Assembly (NCBI GenBank): GCA_964016885.1 | Contig: OZ024749.1 | Span: 16,554,001 to 16,618,000 of the forward strand | Source: Eledone cirrhosa | Lineage: Eukaryota | Direction of reading: 5' to 3' | Length of the DNA: 64,000 nucleotides | In this document: one piece after another, positions 25,951 through 38,744 of the stretch | How the letters are laid out: every line of letters begins with the position of its first letter | Numbering within the stretch: the stretch's first letter is position 1 | Notes under the pieces: model-generated | What the model saw: the letters and a program-made list of their open reading frames with translations, nothing else | Databases searched by the model: none | Told to the model about the DNA's origin: nothing | Translations under genes and position numbers: made by a program

Positions 25951-28621
25951 ATAATAATTATGGACTGTAATACGAACGGCTTCAACTATACAAACTCTTG
26001 AAAGTCAACAGTTGACATAATCTTGTAATCTTGTATCAGTAATGACGGTAATATATATATATGTGTGTGTGTGTGTAAGTGAGTAGTGTGTGTTTGTTTG
26101 TATGTATGAGTGTTGCTGTGTGCGCGTGTATGTATGTCGTACGTATAAGTGTCAATAAGTGATTTTTTTTTTTTTTTTTTTTTAGCGCGGGGACATAGAA
26201 ATAATCGGGTGTGATGCCCGATCGCGCAGTTAAACCACTGGGAGTGAATAACCCCTAGCCCTTGTCAGGGCATTCTTCTAGGAGAAGGCATCTCAGGAAA
26301 CTGGGTTAACTCCGACATAAAAACAGGCTCAGTAGTTACCGATGATGTTGATCTTTTCTTCTTTTCGGGTTATAGCTACTGTCGCTCAGAGAGAGGGATT
26401 GGCTCAGTGCACAGTCTTTCCTCACTTTAAAAATATTCGTCACGCACAGACATTGCAGGAGTGCATTAATAATTATTAATAGTGTATTATTATCATTATT
26501 ATTGTTACTATTATTATTACTTTTTTTTTTTTTTTCCAATTCAATGATGTTCCAGAACAATAAGAACAATAAGATAATTGGCAATTTAGGTTCTGGAACA
26601 AAAAAGATAATTGCAATAAGGGCAAGGGCCCCAGGTTATCACAGCCTGTGCCCGCTCGTCATCGTGCCATTGTAATAGAGCCTAACAAGGCATTTAGTCT
26701 TGGCTGCTGGAACGTACGGACGCTGCTTGACAGGGATTCCTTGGTCATCTTACAGAATTTTGTGGAGAATATACATTCTTCTGGAAAGGAAGAGATGAAG
26801 GAACCAGAAGAGAGGCTGGGGTAAGATTTGCTGTTAAGACTGTTCTTGTGAATAAATTAGAAGAATTCCCAGTAGGGATTAGTGAGCGTCTTATCTCCAT
26901 GAGAATTCCGCTGGACAAAGGAAGATATGCTACCCTGGTGAGTGTGTATGCTCCAACTATGAATTCTGTCGATGAAGAAAAAGTGTCCTTTTACCATGCC
27001 TTGAAAGGTGTTTTAAGAAATATCCCTCAGGCAGACAAAGTCATCGTGCTTGGTGACTTTAATGCTAGAGTGGGTAGGGATTTTAACACATGAAATGTAA
27101 TTGGAAGGTATGGGGTGGAAAAGTGTAACAACAATGGTATGCTCCTGCTGCAGATGTGTGAGGAGCTGGATCTGTGTGTTACCAACACCATGTTCAAACA
27201 AAAGAACAAATTCAAGACCACATGGATGCATCCTGCATCTAAGGAATGGCATCTTTTGAACTACGTCCTAGTCAGGATGCGTGACAGACAGGATGTGCAG
27301 TGTGTTTGTGCTCTTCGTGGAGCTGAGTGCTGGACGGACCACCTCCTGGTACGTACAAAAGTGAAACTAATCACTAAACGTAAAATCCGGGCTCTTGGTG
27401 TTGCCCTGCCCAAAAGATTGAATGCTGCTCGTCTTAAGGATAAAATGTGAAGAGGACATTGGAAGAAGAGATGCAGGCTGCAGATCTTGGTGAGGATTGG
27501 CCGACCCTTAAAAAGTCGGTTTATGATGTAGGCAGGCGTGTTCTGGGATTGGTGCAGAGAAAACATCAGGACTGGTTTAATGAGAATGATGTACATATAG
27601 AAGACTTGTTGGCTGATAAGAGGCGTGCTCTGTCACGCTACTTGACGGCAAAACCACAGAAGAGGAATACGTTGCTTGAGGAACTCAAGGATGTAAAATC
27701 ACGTGTTAGGCGGAGTCTTTCTCAGATGAAGGATCAGTGGTGGAGTGAGAAGGCTGGTGAGATACAAACTGCGTCAGATTCCAATAACACAAAGCTGTTG
27801 TACAGTCTCTTGCGTGAGGTTTATGGACCGTCTTCTTCTCTGGTGACACCGCTTCGCAGCAAGGATGGCAAAGAACTTCTTTGTGACTCACAAGGGATTC
27901 TACGGAGGTGGCGAGAGCACTTTGATGATCTTTTGAATCAGCCGTCTGTCGTCAGTGAAGATTTCCTCAATCTAATTCCAGAAAGTCCTGTGAAAGTAAC
28001 TCTCGCAGAACCTCCGACGCTTGTGGAGGTTGCAGTGGCTATCTCGAAGCTGAACAGTGGAAGGTCTCCAGGTATGGATGGCATACATGCTGAGCTCCTA
28101 CAATATGGTGGTGAGAGACTCCTGCAAAATCTTCACTCTTTGTTTGGCAGGATATGGGCTAATGAATCCGTACCTGAGGACTGGAGAGATGCAGTAATAG
28201 TGGTCTTGTACAAGGGAAAGGGTAACAGGAATGATTGTGGGAACTACAGAGGTATATCATTGCTTTCTGTCGTAGGGAAAGTTTTATGTACGGTGCTTCT
28301 GGACCGTCTGCTGACACACATTGCAGATTGTGTTCTTCCTGAAAGTCAATCTGGTTTTCGTGCTGGACGCGGCACTACTGATATGATCTTCTCAGCTAGA
28401 CAACTCCAGGAGAAGTGCATGGAACAAGGTTTGGATCTGTATCAGGTTTTTGTCGATCTGACAAAAGCTTTCGATACTGTTAACAGAAATGCATTATGGA
28501 AGGTTCTCCAGAAACTTGGTTGCCCTGATAAGTTCCTTGCTTTAGTTAGGTCTTTCCAGGAAAACATGAAGGCTTGGGTTAATGTCGGAGGTAACATGTC
28601 GGAGCCTATCTCAGTATAAAT

Positions 28622-28966
28622 GGAGGCACATGGCTTAGTGGTTAGAGCATTGGCCTTGCAATCGAAAGGTTGTGAGTTCAATTCTCAGACCGGGTGATGT
28701 GTTGTTTCCTTGAGCAAGGCACTTTATTTCACATTGCTCCAGTTTACTCAGCTGTAGAAATGAGATGATAGGGACTGGGGTCCCTATCATTCCACTGCAA
28801 AGTGGTCGTGGAGGTGCCACGGCAAAAAAGCACCCAGCACTCATAGTAAATGAGGTTGGTGTTAGGAAGGGCATCCAGCTGTAGAAATCAAGCCAGAATC
28901 AGTTCCCGTCCCACCCTTGCAAGCAGGGAAAAGTGGACGTAAAATGAAATGATGATGATGATGATG
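28622..28966 (+). mobile_element. tRNA-derived CORE-SINE, family 2 (OR-like), inserted in the RT domain
   Basis: A-box tggcttagtgg, B-box gttcaattc, CORE-like ccttgagcaaggcacttt..ctcagctgtagaaatg, RTE-type tail ggacgtaaaatg(atg)n. Confidence 0.85.
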
Positions 28967-30496
28967 AAACAGAGGGATATTCCAGCACCGACCCTGTTTG
29001 CCATATACTTTGCAATGGTTTTCTGTATTGCATTCAGGAATTGCGAGCATGGTGTTTACATCCGATATCGAACCTCGGGCAGCATATTTAACATCAGGCG
29101 CTTTGCTGCAAAGACAAAAGTATTTACATCAGTCATAAGAGACCTCTTGTATGCAGATGATTGCGATCTTGTAGCGCACACAGAGAGTGATATGCAGCAC
29201 ATTTTGAATGCATTTTCTGACGCTTGCACTGTCCTAGGATTGACTGTCAGTCTCAAGAAAACTGTCGTCATGTACCAACCTGTCCCTGGTAAGCAGTACA
29301 CTGAACCAAATATCTATGTGTATGGTAAACAACTTGGAGTGGTTGATCAGTTTGTCTATCTGGGAAGCACTGTCAATCGATACAGCAACCTTCACAGTGA
29401 AATCTCACTTAGGATTAGGAAAGCAAGTGATGCTTTCGGAAAGCTAGAAAGGCAACTCTGGGGTCGGCGAGACATATGCAGGAGGACAAAGGTAAAGGTG
29501 TACAAGGCATGTGTGCTCTCTTGTCTTCTTTATGCCTGCGAGACCTGGGTCACATATCGACACCACCTTAAGCAATTGGAGCGCTTCCATCAGATGTGTC
29601 TCAGACGGATCTATGGCGTTCACTGGAGGGACCACATCAGTGATGTCGAGATTTTAGAAAGCTCTATGTGTGACAGTATAGAAGCTCTTGTGCTTAAGCA
29701 ACGACTCCGTTGGAGTGATCACTTTGCCAGGATGAAGGATTCTAGAATACCAAAACAACTCTTTTATGGAGAGTTGGTTAAAGGAAAACGACCGCCACAT
29801 AAACCAAAAAAGAGGTATAAGGATTCTTTGAAAGCCTCTTTGAAAGACGCTAACATCTCTGCTGATACATGGGAAAATATTGCTGCTGATCGTAATAAAT
29901 GGAGAAAGACTGTATATGAGGGAAAAGTTGCCTTTGAGGCATCTCGAATCGCATACGAGAAAGTAAAATGGGATGTGAGGAAGGGCATTGCTGTTGCACT
30001 TCCAGACGGCGAGGGTCCTCCTATGGTGCTGACATGCAGCGTCTGTGCGAGACTCTGCCTAAGCAAAACTGGACTCGAAAGGCATCTTCGCAGTCATAAA
30101 GTAAGACCAGTGGTTGACTACCAGGCTGCTGTTGGAGATGCTACTCATCATGCTTGCCAAACATGTGGTAGAAAATGTAAATCAACAGGAGGGCTCAAGC
30201 GACATGCAGAAGTACATGAACTCCAACCACAGCCGGCTATTCCCAGTGAATGTTTTGGTTGCCGACTCTGTGCAAGACATTTTAGATCATTGGCTGGGCT
30301 AAAAAGCTACATTCGATCGCAGCGCTGTTAGTTGCTATCGTGTGTGTGTGTGTGTATAGGTATGTTTATGTGTGTGCGTGTGTGTGTGTGTATATATATG
30401 TATATGTATATTATTATTGTTGTTGTTGTCGTTATTATTATTGTTGTTATTATTATTATTATTATTGTCATTAAGTATATGTGTGTATGTATATAT

Positions 30497-30845
30497 GGAG
30501 GCACATATCTTAGTGGTTAGAGCATTGGCCTTGCAATCGAAAGGTTGTGAGTTCAATTCTCAGACCGGGTAATGTGTTGTTTCCTTGAGCAAGACACTTT
30601 ATTTCACATTGCTCCAGTTTACTCAGCTGTAGAAATGAGATGATAGGGACTGGGGTCCATATCATTCCACTGCAAAGTGGTCGTGGAGGTGCCACGGCAA
30701 AAAAGCACCCAGCACTCACTGTAAATGAGGTTGGTGTTAGGAAGGGCATCCAGCTGTAGAAATCAAGCCAGCATCAGTTCCCGTCCCACCCTTGCAAGCA
30801 GGGAAAAAGCGGACGTAAAATGAAGTGATGATGATGATGATGATG
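30497..30845 (+). mobile_element. CORE-SINE family 2, second near-identical copy, in the LINE 3' UTR
   Basis: Few differences from 28622-28966. Confidence 0.85.
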
Positions 30846-30859
30846 TATGTGTGTATATG

Positions 30860-30893
<34 letters not shown>

Positions 30894-30983
30894 ATTTATT
30901 TATTAATATATATATATATATATATTTTTTTTCTCCTTGTGCAATGGCCATACTCGATAACGAGGGGGCAGCCATCATATATA

Positions 30984-31019
<36 letters not shown>

Positions 31020-31095
31020 TGTATATATATATATATATGTGTGTGTATGTATATATGTATATATATATATATGTGTGTGTATGTATGTATATGTA

Positions 31096-32090
31096 TACTG
31101 GTAACATGTATCCCAGTACAACCTGTCTCATGGTCGGGTTGTTGGCGACTAAACTGGCAACCCCACCAAGGTTTCTTGGTGAGGAGGGTGACTTTGGACA
31201 TCCTGCAGGACTAAAAACAAAACCTGTCAAAGGGCAAAGGAGCTCTTAATGGCCATCCAAAATCACCGGGAGAGATGATCCCTTAGCCTGTGTCAAGGCA
31301 GAATTCTAGGAGAAGGAAAACTCTGATATAACACCTGCAACTATGATGGTATCCAATGATGTTGACTTGTTCTTCTTTTGGTAAATATCATCTTGGTTAA
31401 GAGAGTGGGACTGGCTTTGTGCAGTGCCTTTGCTCACTATAAAAGCTTCACGGCACAGGCATTGCTTTATATCTGGAGATCTCTCTGCACTTGTTGTCAC
31501 ATGGTACCATGGGCCAGCACTATGTGTCAATAATTGTCACAAATGTAGTGTTTGTACCAGAGTTTTCAAGTCGTTGGCTGGACTAAAAAGACACACTCGT
31601 TCAGCGCATCGGTAGGGTTTCTCCTACATGGATATAAAGTAGTGGCCGTACTCGAAAACGAGTTGGCAGCCACCATATATATGTATGTATGTATATATGT
31701 ATGTCAGGTCACCAGTTGGTGCTACTGGTAACATGTATCCCAGTACAACCCGTCTCATGGTCGGGTCGTTGGCGACTAAACTGGCAACCCCACCAAGGTT
31801 TCTTGGTGAGGAGGGTGACTTTGGACATCCTGCAGGACTAAAAACAAAACCTGTCAAAGGGCAAAGGAGCTCTTAAGAGTCAATGGCCATCCAAAATCAC
31901 CGGGAGAGATGACCCCTTAGCCTGTGTCAAGGCAGAATTCTAGGAGAAGGAAAACTCTGATATAACACCTGCAACTATGATGGTATCCAATGATGTTGAC
32001 TTGTTCTTCTTTTGGTAAATATCATCTTGGTTAAGAGAGTGGGACTGGCTTTGTGCAGTGCCTTTCCTCACTATAAAAGCTTCACGGCAC
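31096..32090 (+). mobile_element. Tandem copies of the bipartite RTE-derived element (31096-31675; 31702-32090, truncated)
   Basis: Middle is similar to LINE 5' UTR 26250-26458; 3' part encodes HKCSVCTRVFKSLAGLKRHTRS, like the last LINE finger. Confidence 0.82.
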
Positions 32091-32525
32091 TTTTTCCGTT
32101 TATCGGTTTCGGTGCACCCGGCCGATTAACCCACTCGATATGCAAATTGGGCTTCTCAGCCGTTAATATGCGTAAGGTAAGTATATACGTTCAACAATCT
32201 GGCAGGAAGGTATACGTTGCTGACGATAGCTAATAAGCTTGAAACTAGTACAGCGTTCCTTTGTCAGTGTTGAACAAACGAGTAACGATGGTTGCTGGAC
32301 ACTACGGCTTAATACGGGATGTTTGTTTACAAACACACCGGGCATTATAATAAATGTTCGGTGAATCCATACGTACATATATATGTGTGTGCATGTATGT
32401 ATATATATATATACATACTACTGTACGTCTGTATACAAATATGTATGTACGTGTACATACTTATATTTAAGTAACAGCCGTACTAAGAGTGGGAAATGAA
32501 ATTTTGTTACATTTTTTCCGTTTAT
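32091..32525 (+). mobile_element. Retrozyme-like non-coding element, family F, one ~422-bp unit
   Basis: Terminal direct repeat tttttccgtttat; homologous in opposite orientation to 56134-56592; contains a hammerhead. Confidence 0.75.
32214..32256 (+). ncRNA. Minimal type I hammerhead ribozyme, family F
   Basis: acgttg CTGACGA tagct-aata-agctt GAAA ctag TA cagcgt; 6-bp helix I, palindromic helix III, GUA cleavage triplet. Confidence 0.85.
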
Positions 32526-32631
32526 ATATACATATGTATACATATATACACACACACACACAGTAGTCTCTCTATATATACACCTACACACACTAGGTTA
32601 TATATATATATATATACTATAGCCACACACA

Positions 32632-32709
<78 letters not shown>

Positions 32710-33181
32710 TAGTCTCTCTATATATATACACATACACACACTAGCTTATATATATATATATACACATACACATACCTCTATATATACATATACACTATAT
32801 CATCATCATCATCATCATCATATGTCCGCTTTTCCCTGCTTGCAATATAGTCTACATATATATATACACACACTAGCCTATATATATATATATATATACA
32901 CACACACATATACACTAGTCTACATATTTACACACTGTACATATACATACACATACCTCTCTATATATACATATACACTATAATCTCCCTATATATACAC
33001 ACTGTATATATATATATATATATATACATACATATATATATATGAATTATAAGGAAATACGGGTGAAGTTATTGAATGGTTCAAAGATATCAAGAATAAT
33101 AAGGACAAAAAATGTATTCAATTTGATATCAATTCATACTACACCTCTATTTCCCCTATCCTATTAAATAAGGCACTAATC

Positions 33182-34789
33182 ATGGCCATGAACAATAACG
33201 ACCTGACTAGAGCCCAGATTGATGTCATCCTTGCGGCCCGTAAAACCATAATCACCTTCGAGGACCAACTATGGACACGCAAGGATACGCACAACAACTT
33301 CGACATAACCATGGGATCTAGTGACTCGGCGCAGGTCACTGATTTGGTCGGCCTATACTTACTTAATGAAATCCATAAGGACCTCCCATACCTCAACGGT
33401 GGTTTGTACCGTGATGATGCACTTCTACTTATAGAATATAAAATATTCAATATAGAAAGAACTAGAAAACTATTGCACAAGACATTCAAAAACTTTAACC
33501 TTAGTATCACCATAGACAAAAACACTAAAAATGTTAACTTCCTAGACCTAGACTCAAAAATATATACACCTTTCCATAAGCCTAACGAAAAACTCATTTA
33601 CGTGGATACCAAGTCTAATCACCCTAGATCAATATTAAACTCTATCTCTAAGGGGGTATCCAATAGAATCTCTAATCTATCCTATGACGCAAACATATTT
33701 AGCAAAAACTCGCAATATTATAATCAAGCATTGGCTAGATCCGGCCATAATATAGAGATTGAGTTCCTACCTAAGAAAACACATAGCTACAACATCATCT
33801 CGCACAATATGTCCATGGAGAAACCTAGTAATATGAATAGCAACCACACTAAAGCGGAGGGTGCCACCAAAAGTAACCATTACCACAGAAACTACCGTAG
33901 TACCTTAGGAGGAAACAATACACCAGACACTAAAAACAAAAATAGAAGAAGAAATAATACATTTTTCAACCCTCCTTTCAACCTAAACGTCTCCACCAAC
34001 ATACCTAGGGCTTTCTTCTCACTACTAGATAAAAACTTCCCTCTAGGACACAAGTACCATAACCTCTTAAACAAAAACACTATTAAAATCTCATACTCTA
34101 CGACGCCTAACTTAGCATACCACATAGCTAGCAGCAATAAAAGTAAAATTAATTCTTACTTCCAACAAACGAAATCACAACAGGAGGTAAACCTTCAAAA
34201 TACCTCTGTAGCAAGCAACCCTAATAACGGCAGTAATAATAGAAATAACACTAGTATAAGAAATAACACCGGAGTCGACAACCCGAATGTCCAAAATCCT
34301 ATAGCTACCACCCGGACTTCTGCACTGCATTATAACCAGCAGACTAACACCCAGGATAATTGTAACTGTAGAGCTAATAGAACCTGCCCTTTAGATAAAA
34401 AATGCCTAACCAAGGATATCATATACTCATGCACAGTCACAACTAGCAACTCTTCAGAAACCTATGTAGGCTCCACTTCTAACTGCTTCAAAATCAGATA
34501 TAATTCGCACATCCACTTGTTCAAAAAGCACAGTCTAGCCAACTCCACCTCACTATCTAGCTACATACACTATCTAAAAACTAAAAATAAACCTTACACA
34601 CTCAAATGGGAAATGATAGGTAGTGCGACTTCGTACAAACCACCTAATAAATTTTGTAACCTCTGTATACTAGAGACCCACACTATTATCTTCTCTAACC
34701 GTAACCTACTTAACAAAAAATATGAAGTGTTTGCAACTTGCCAGCACCGCTTCAGACATTCCTTCCAAAACTTTAAGCCCAATATATAG
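33182..34789 (+). CDS. Penelope-like RT and GIY-YIG endonuclease (N-truncated; frame open from ~33055)
   Basis: IQFDINSYY upstream, FDITMGS, GLYRDD, VNFLD, SNHP, FNPPF, CNCRANRTCPL, IIY..YVG, FKIRYNSH, CNLCILE. Confidence 0.88.
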   Translation: MAMNNNDLTRAQIDVILAARKTIITFEDQLWTRKDTHNNFDITMGSSDSAQVTDLVGLYLLNEIHKDLPYLNGGLYRDDALLLIEYKIFNIERTRKLLHKTFKNFNLSITIDKNTKNVNFLDLDSKIYTPFHKPNEKLIYVDTKSNHPRSILNSISKGVSNRISNLSYDANIFSKNSQYYNQALARSGHNIEIEFLPKKTHSYNIISHNMSMEKPSNMNSNHTKAEGATKSNHYHRNYRSTLGGNNTPDTKNKNRRRNNTFFNPPFNLNVSTNIPRAFFSLLDKNFPLGHKYHNLLNKNTIKISYSTTPNLAYHIASSNKSKINSYFQQTKSQQEVNLQNTSVASNPNNGSNNRNNTSIRNNTGVDNPNVQNPIATTRTSALHYNQQTNTQDNCNCRANRTCPLDKKCLTKDIIYSCTVTTSNSSETYVGSTSNCFKIRYNSHIHLFKKHSLANSTSLSSYIHYLKTKNKPYTLKWEMIGSATSYKPPNKFCNLCILETHTIIFSNRNLLNKKYEVFATCQHRFRHSFQNFKPNI

Positions 34790-36164
34790 CAATGTCGGAC
34801 TTGAACCAGACACCACCTCTAGCATCAAACACCAGGGGCACACCTTATACTACATCCCCACACTCATTGATCTAATATAACACAAATCTAGAACCCTTCA
34901 CAGTGGGAATACCCCTTTATACTTCTACTTTAGGTGTGACTACATCCAGTTGCTTGAACTGCACTACACCACTTTATAGTTAATATAAAATTTAAGCATT
35001 GAATTGATTGTATTGTTGGTGCTATGCGGAGGAAGTGCCATCGTTGGATAAATGGAAAACTAATTAATCTAGTAACGTTGATGAGCTGTATGACCGGTAT
35101 GCTGAGTGCAGTGAATGTATTGCAAGTGGCGTATGGGTTGTACATATATGTATGATTTGATGGTCAGATTGGAGACATGAAGAGTGTGGATTGACCTCTG
35201 GTCGGCCCTGGTGATGATTATCTTTCGACATCCAATATAGCATGCACTGACCCGGAACTTACCAGGGATCATTGTGTGTTGAAGTGATTCTGCAATCACC
35301 TTGCCTGGTTCTTTGAGTAGACTACAATCACAGTGATCATTAATTTAGAAATCTCGTTCGTTGTGTATAATATTCATTTGTGGCACTCTATGATGGGGGT
35401 TAATCACCATAATAAGAACACCTTCAGCACAACTCAAATAGACTACTTTATAGTTAAAACACTCTAAATTTTAGAATTTTTTTAGAAACTGCGCATAACC
35501 ATATAAGTTAGGGACTGTTTTGAGACACAATTTAATAGTTAGTAATAGAAACCACTGAGTTAGCCACACACACACTTCCGGGTAATATTTCGATGTCGAT
35601 TCTCGCAACGTAACATCCTCCTGTATTGAGCTAAAAAACATCAGACTACGATTCTCTAACTGGATTGTCAAACGCCCAATATCGAATCGTCGTGGATTAT
35701 GCGAGGGGCATATAATCCGAAAAGTACGCTCCCCAGACTATGAAAATGTCGCAGTGCATGAAGTCCATATCATCGCTTCGCTACGCATTTCCAATATTTT
35801 TAATGCTTACATTATTTTTAATACTTATATTATTTCTCCATACACAGGCTATAACAGTCATATAAAGAATTTATTACCCGATCAACCCTCTTAACACTCT
35901 TGATTACCTACTTAAGTGCTTCAATTACACGTAACTTTCTGCCACACTATATAAACAAGACGCACGTGCTTGCCACACATATAACCATTGCACTCTATAA
36001 CCGCTTAATTTCATGTTGTATTTTAACCTGTATTTTTGATTGTATCTTTTAATATGAATGTAATCTCTAAATGTGTACTGCCACACTAAATGCTGTAATG
36101 AATGTTGACCCACAATATTTTCATATGTATCTGTATGTCTCTTGGTGTTCATTCAATAATAAAT

Positions 36165-36211
36165 TGCTCCGAAGAATCCAAACCTCGGTTTGGAGGAAAC
36201 AGTTGTAAGCA
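36165..36211 (+). ncRNA. Minimal hammerhead motif with core variant CCGAAGA, family G
   Basis: tgct CCGAAGA atccaaacc-tc-ggtttggag GAAA cagttg TA agca. Confidence 0.65.
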
Positions 36212-36539
36212 TAAAAATGTTTTGAACAGTTCTTTGATTCTTATAATTCATATAACTGCTCTGTAAATCATCTGATGTTATTACATTGAGCTATTTAACT
36301 TACTGGTAATAAGGTAGTAGTATATTACTGCCTACCACTATTTAGTGTTTATAAAAATATATATAACTACAAAAGGTTTTTGTATTTGCATAACCATAAA
36401 TAGTATAATCAATACATATATATATATACATACCTCTCTATATATACATATACACCATAGTCTATATATATATACACACTTCAGCCTCACTCTATATATA
36501 CCCATATAATGCCCCTGTGGCAAATAAAAGAAATCATCA

Positions 36540-36543
36540 CCAT

Positions 36544-36593
<50 letters not shown>

Positions 36594-37565
36594 TTGCTAC
36601 CACTGCAGCTCTTAATACTACTACAACTATTGTTACCACTGCAGCCATTAATACTACTAATACTACTACAATTATTGTTACCACTGCAGCTACTAATACT
36701 ACTGCAACTATTGTTACCACAGCAGCTGATACTACTAATACTACTACAACTATTGTTACCACAGCAGCTACTAATACTACTAATACTACTACAACTATTG
36801 TTACCACAGCAGCTACTAATACTACTACAATTATTGTTACCACTGCAGCTACTAATACTACTGCAACTATTGTTACCACAGCAGCTGATACTACTAATAC
36901 TACTACAACTATTGTTACCACAGCAGCTACTAATACCACTAATACTACTACAACTATTGTTACCACTGCAGCTACTAATACTACTACAACTATTGTTACC
37001 ACAGCAGCTACTAATACTACTAATACTACTACAACTATTGTTACCACAGCAGCTACTAATACTACTAATACTACTACAACTATTGTTACCACAGCAGCTA
37101 CTAATACTACTAATACTACTACAACTATTGTTACCACAGCAGCTACTAATACTACTAATACTACTACAACTATTGTTACCACAGCAGCTACTAATACTAC
37201 TAATACTACTACAACTATTGTTACCACAGCAGCTACTAATACTACTAATACTACTACAACTATTGTTACCACAGCAGCTACTAATACTACTAATATTACT
37301 ACAACTATTGTTACCACAGCAGCTACTAATACTACTACAACTATTGTTACCACTGCAGCTACTAATACCACTAATACTACTACAACTATTGTTACCACAC
37401 CAGCTACTAATACTACTAATACTACTACAACTATTGTTACCACTGCAGCTACTAATACCACTAATACTACTACAATTATTGTTACCACTGCTGCTACTAA
37501 TACTACTAATACTACTACAACTATTGTTACCACTGCAGCTACTAATACTACTAATACTACTACTG
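36540..37565. repeat. (ACT)n-derived minisatellite with 36/45-bp units
   Basis: actaatactactaatactactacaactattgttaccacagcagct repeated; begins in pure (act)n. Confidence 0.92.
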
Positions 37566-37984
37566 TCCAACTTTACCTCCTTAAATTCTGGTGCTGGGTG
37601 TAGTGTAGGAGGAAACATCCTGCCTCTCTCTCCCAATTTAGTCTCTGGATCCTTACCAACCATGTGGACTCCCTTGTTGTTGATGGTGGTGATGGTGGTG
37701 TGGGTGATTGGGGGGCGGGGGGGTAATAGTGACTGATGACTCACCAGGATGGCTGAATAATTTAATGTGATGACAGGTGCCCTTTTTGTTACTGGGTCTC
37801 ACCCCCTCCCCATCCCTTTGTTGTTCTGGATCCTCAATACTTCAGAGGGATACCCCCTCCCCCATTTAGGGCCCCCACACTGCATAGAGATAGTCAAAGG
37901 ACTGTAAGACTTCAGAATACTTTTGATGCCCTACATTGGCTATAAATAAACACATTTATATAATATAAATAGTAATAATAATAG

Positions 37985-38400
37985 TGGTGTCCGATTTAGG
38001 CACAAGGCCAGCTAATCAACCCCAGTGCATGACTGGTACTTTATTTTATTGACTCTGTAAGGATGAAAAGCTAAGCTAACCTCAGCGAGATTTGAACTCA
38101 GAACATAAATGTCTAATTCTATGCCACTAAGCATGTCCAACGCTCTACTGATTCTGCTAAATTATGGTTTCTTAATATAGGCACAAGGTCAACAAATTTG
38201 GGGGAGGGGAAAATCGATTTAATCAACCCCAGTGCGTGACTGGTACTTTATTTTATCAACCCCGTAAGGATGAAAGGCAAAGTAAACCTCAGCAGGATTT
38301 GAACTCAGACCATAAAGGGCCGTAACTCTTTGCTGCAAAGCATGGCGTTCGACCCTCTACCGATACTGCCAATCCACGGTTTCTAATTTAGGCACATGAT
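37985..38400 (-). mobile_element. Head-to-tail array of SINE family 1 (two full copies plus a partial)
   Basis: aggcacaagg..ctggtactttattttat..gatttgaactcaga repeats near 37998 and 38180; a third start near 38390. Confidence 0.8.
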
Positions 38401-38464
38401 CAGTGAATTCCTTTGTTTGCCAGAGGGATATTGGAGGAAGAGGTGAATTTGAGAGAGAGAGAAG

Positions 38465-38730
38465 TGAGGATGTCTCCCTTATAGCACAGCCAGCTCAACA
38501 CTAGAGAGAAGTATCTCCCTTATACAACACCAGAGAGGGGAGAATGTCTTCTTCATACCACACCAAAGAGGGGAGAGTGTCCCTCTTAACCCACACCAGA
38601 GAGAGGGAGTGTGTCTCCCCCTACATCACACCAGAGAGGGAGTGCTCCCCCTACACCACACCATAAAAGAGAGGATGTCTCTCTCTTACCCCACACCAGA
38701 GAGTGTCTCCCTAACACCACACCACACACA
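38465..38730. repeat. Degenerate ~32-bp tandem repeat
   Basis: ctcccctta.ac.acaccagagagggagtgt recurs about eight times. Confidence 0.7.
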
Positions 38731-38744
38731 ACAGTCAGTCCCTT

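Larger units (their letters stand above)
26185..30980 (+). mobile_element. Near full-length RTE-clade LINE (APE endonuclease, RT, C-terminal C2H2 fingers), inactivated
   Basis: WNVRTL, VYAPT, GDFNARVG, WMHP, NYRGISLLS, ESQSGFR, FVDLTKAFDTV, LLYADD, FVYLGS; stops, a frameshift and two SINE insertions; 3' tail at ~30935-30980. Confidence 0.93.
33045..36360 (+). mobile_element. 5'-truncated Penelope-like element with ~1.5-kb 3' UTR/pLTR
   Basis: RT plus GIY-YIG ORF and a hammerhead motif near the 3' end; (TA)n flanks; 3' boundary inferred. Confidence 0.8.

Noticed and set aside
28622-28695. tRNA genes at SINE heads
   Set aside because: A and B boxes are present but no full cloverleaf; they continue into SINE bodies
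36338-37744. Mucin-like Thr-rich or Ser/Cys-rich ORFs
   Set aside because: Open in several frames on both strands because the minisatellite grew from (ACT)n; no signal peptide or splice support seen
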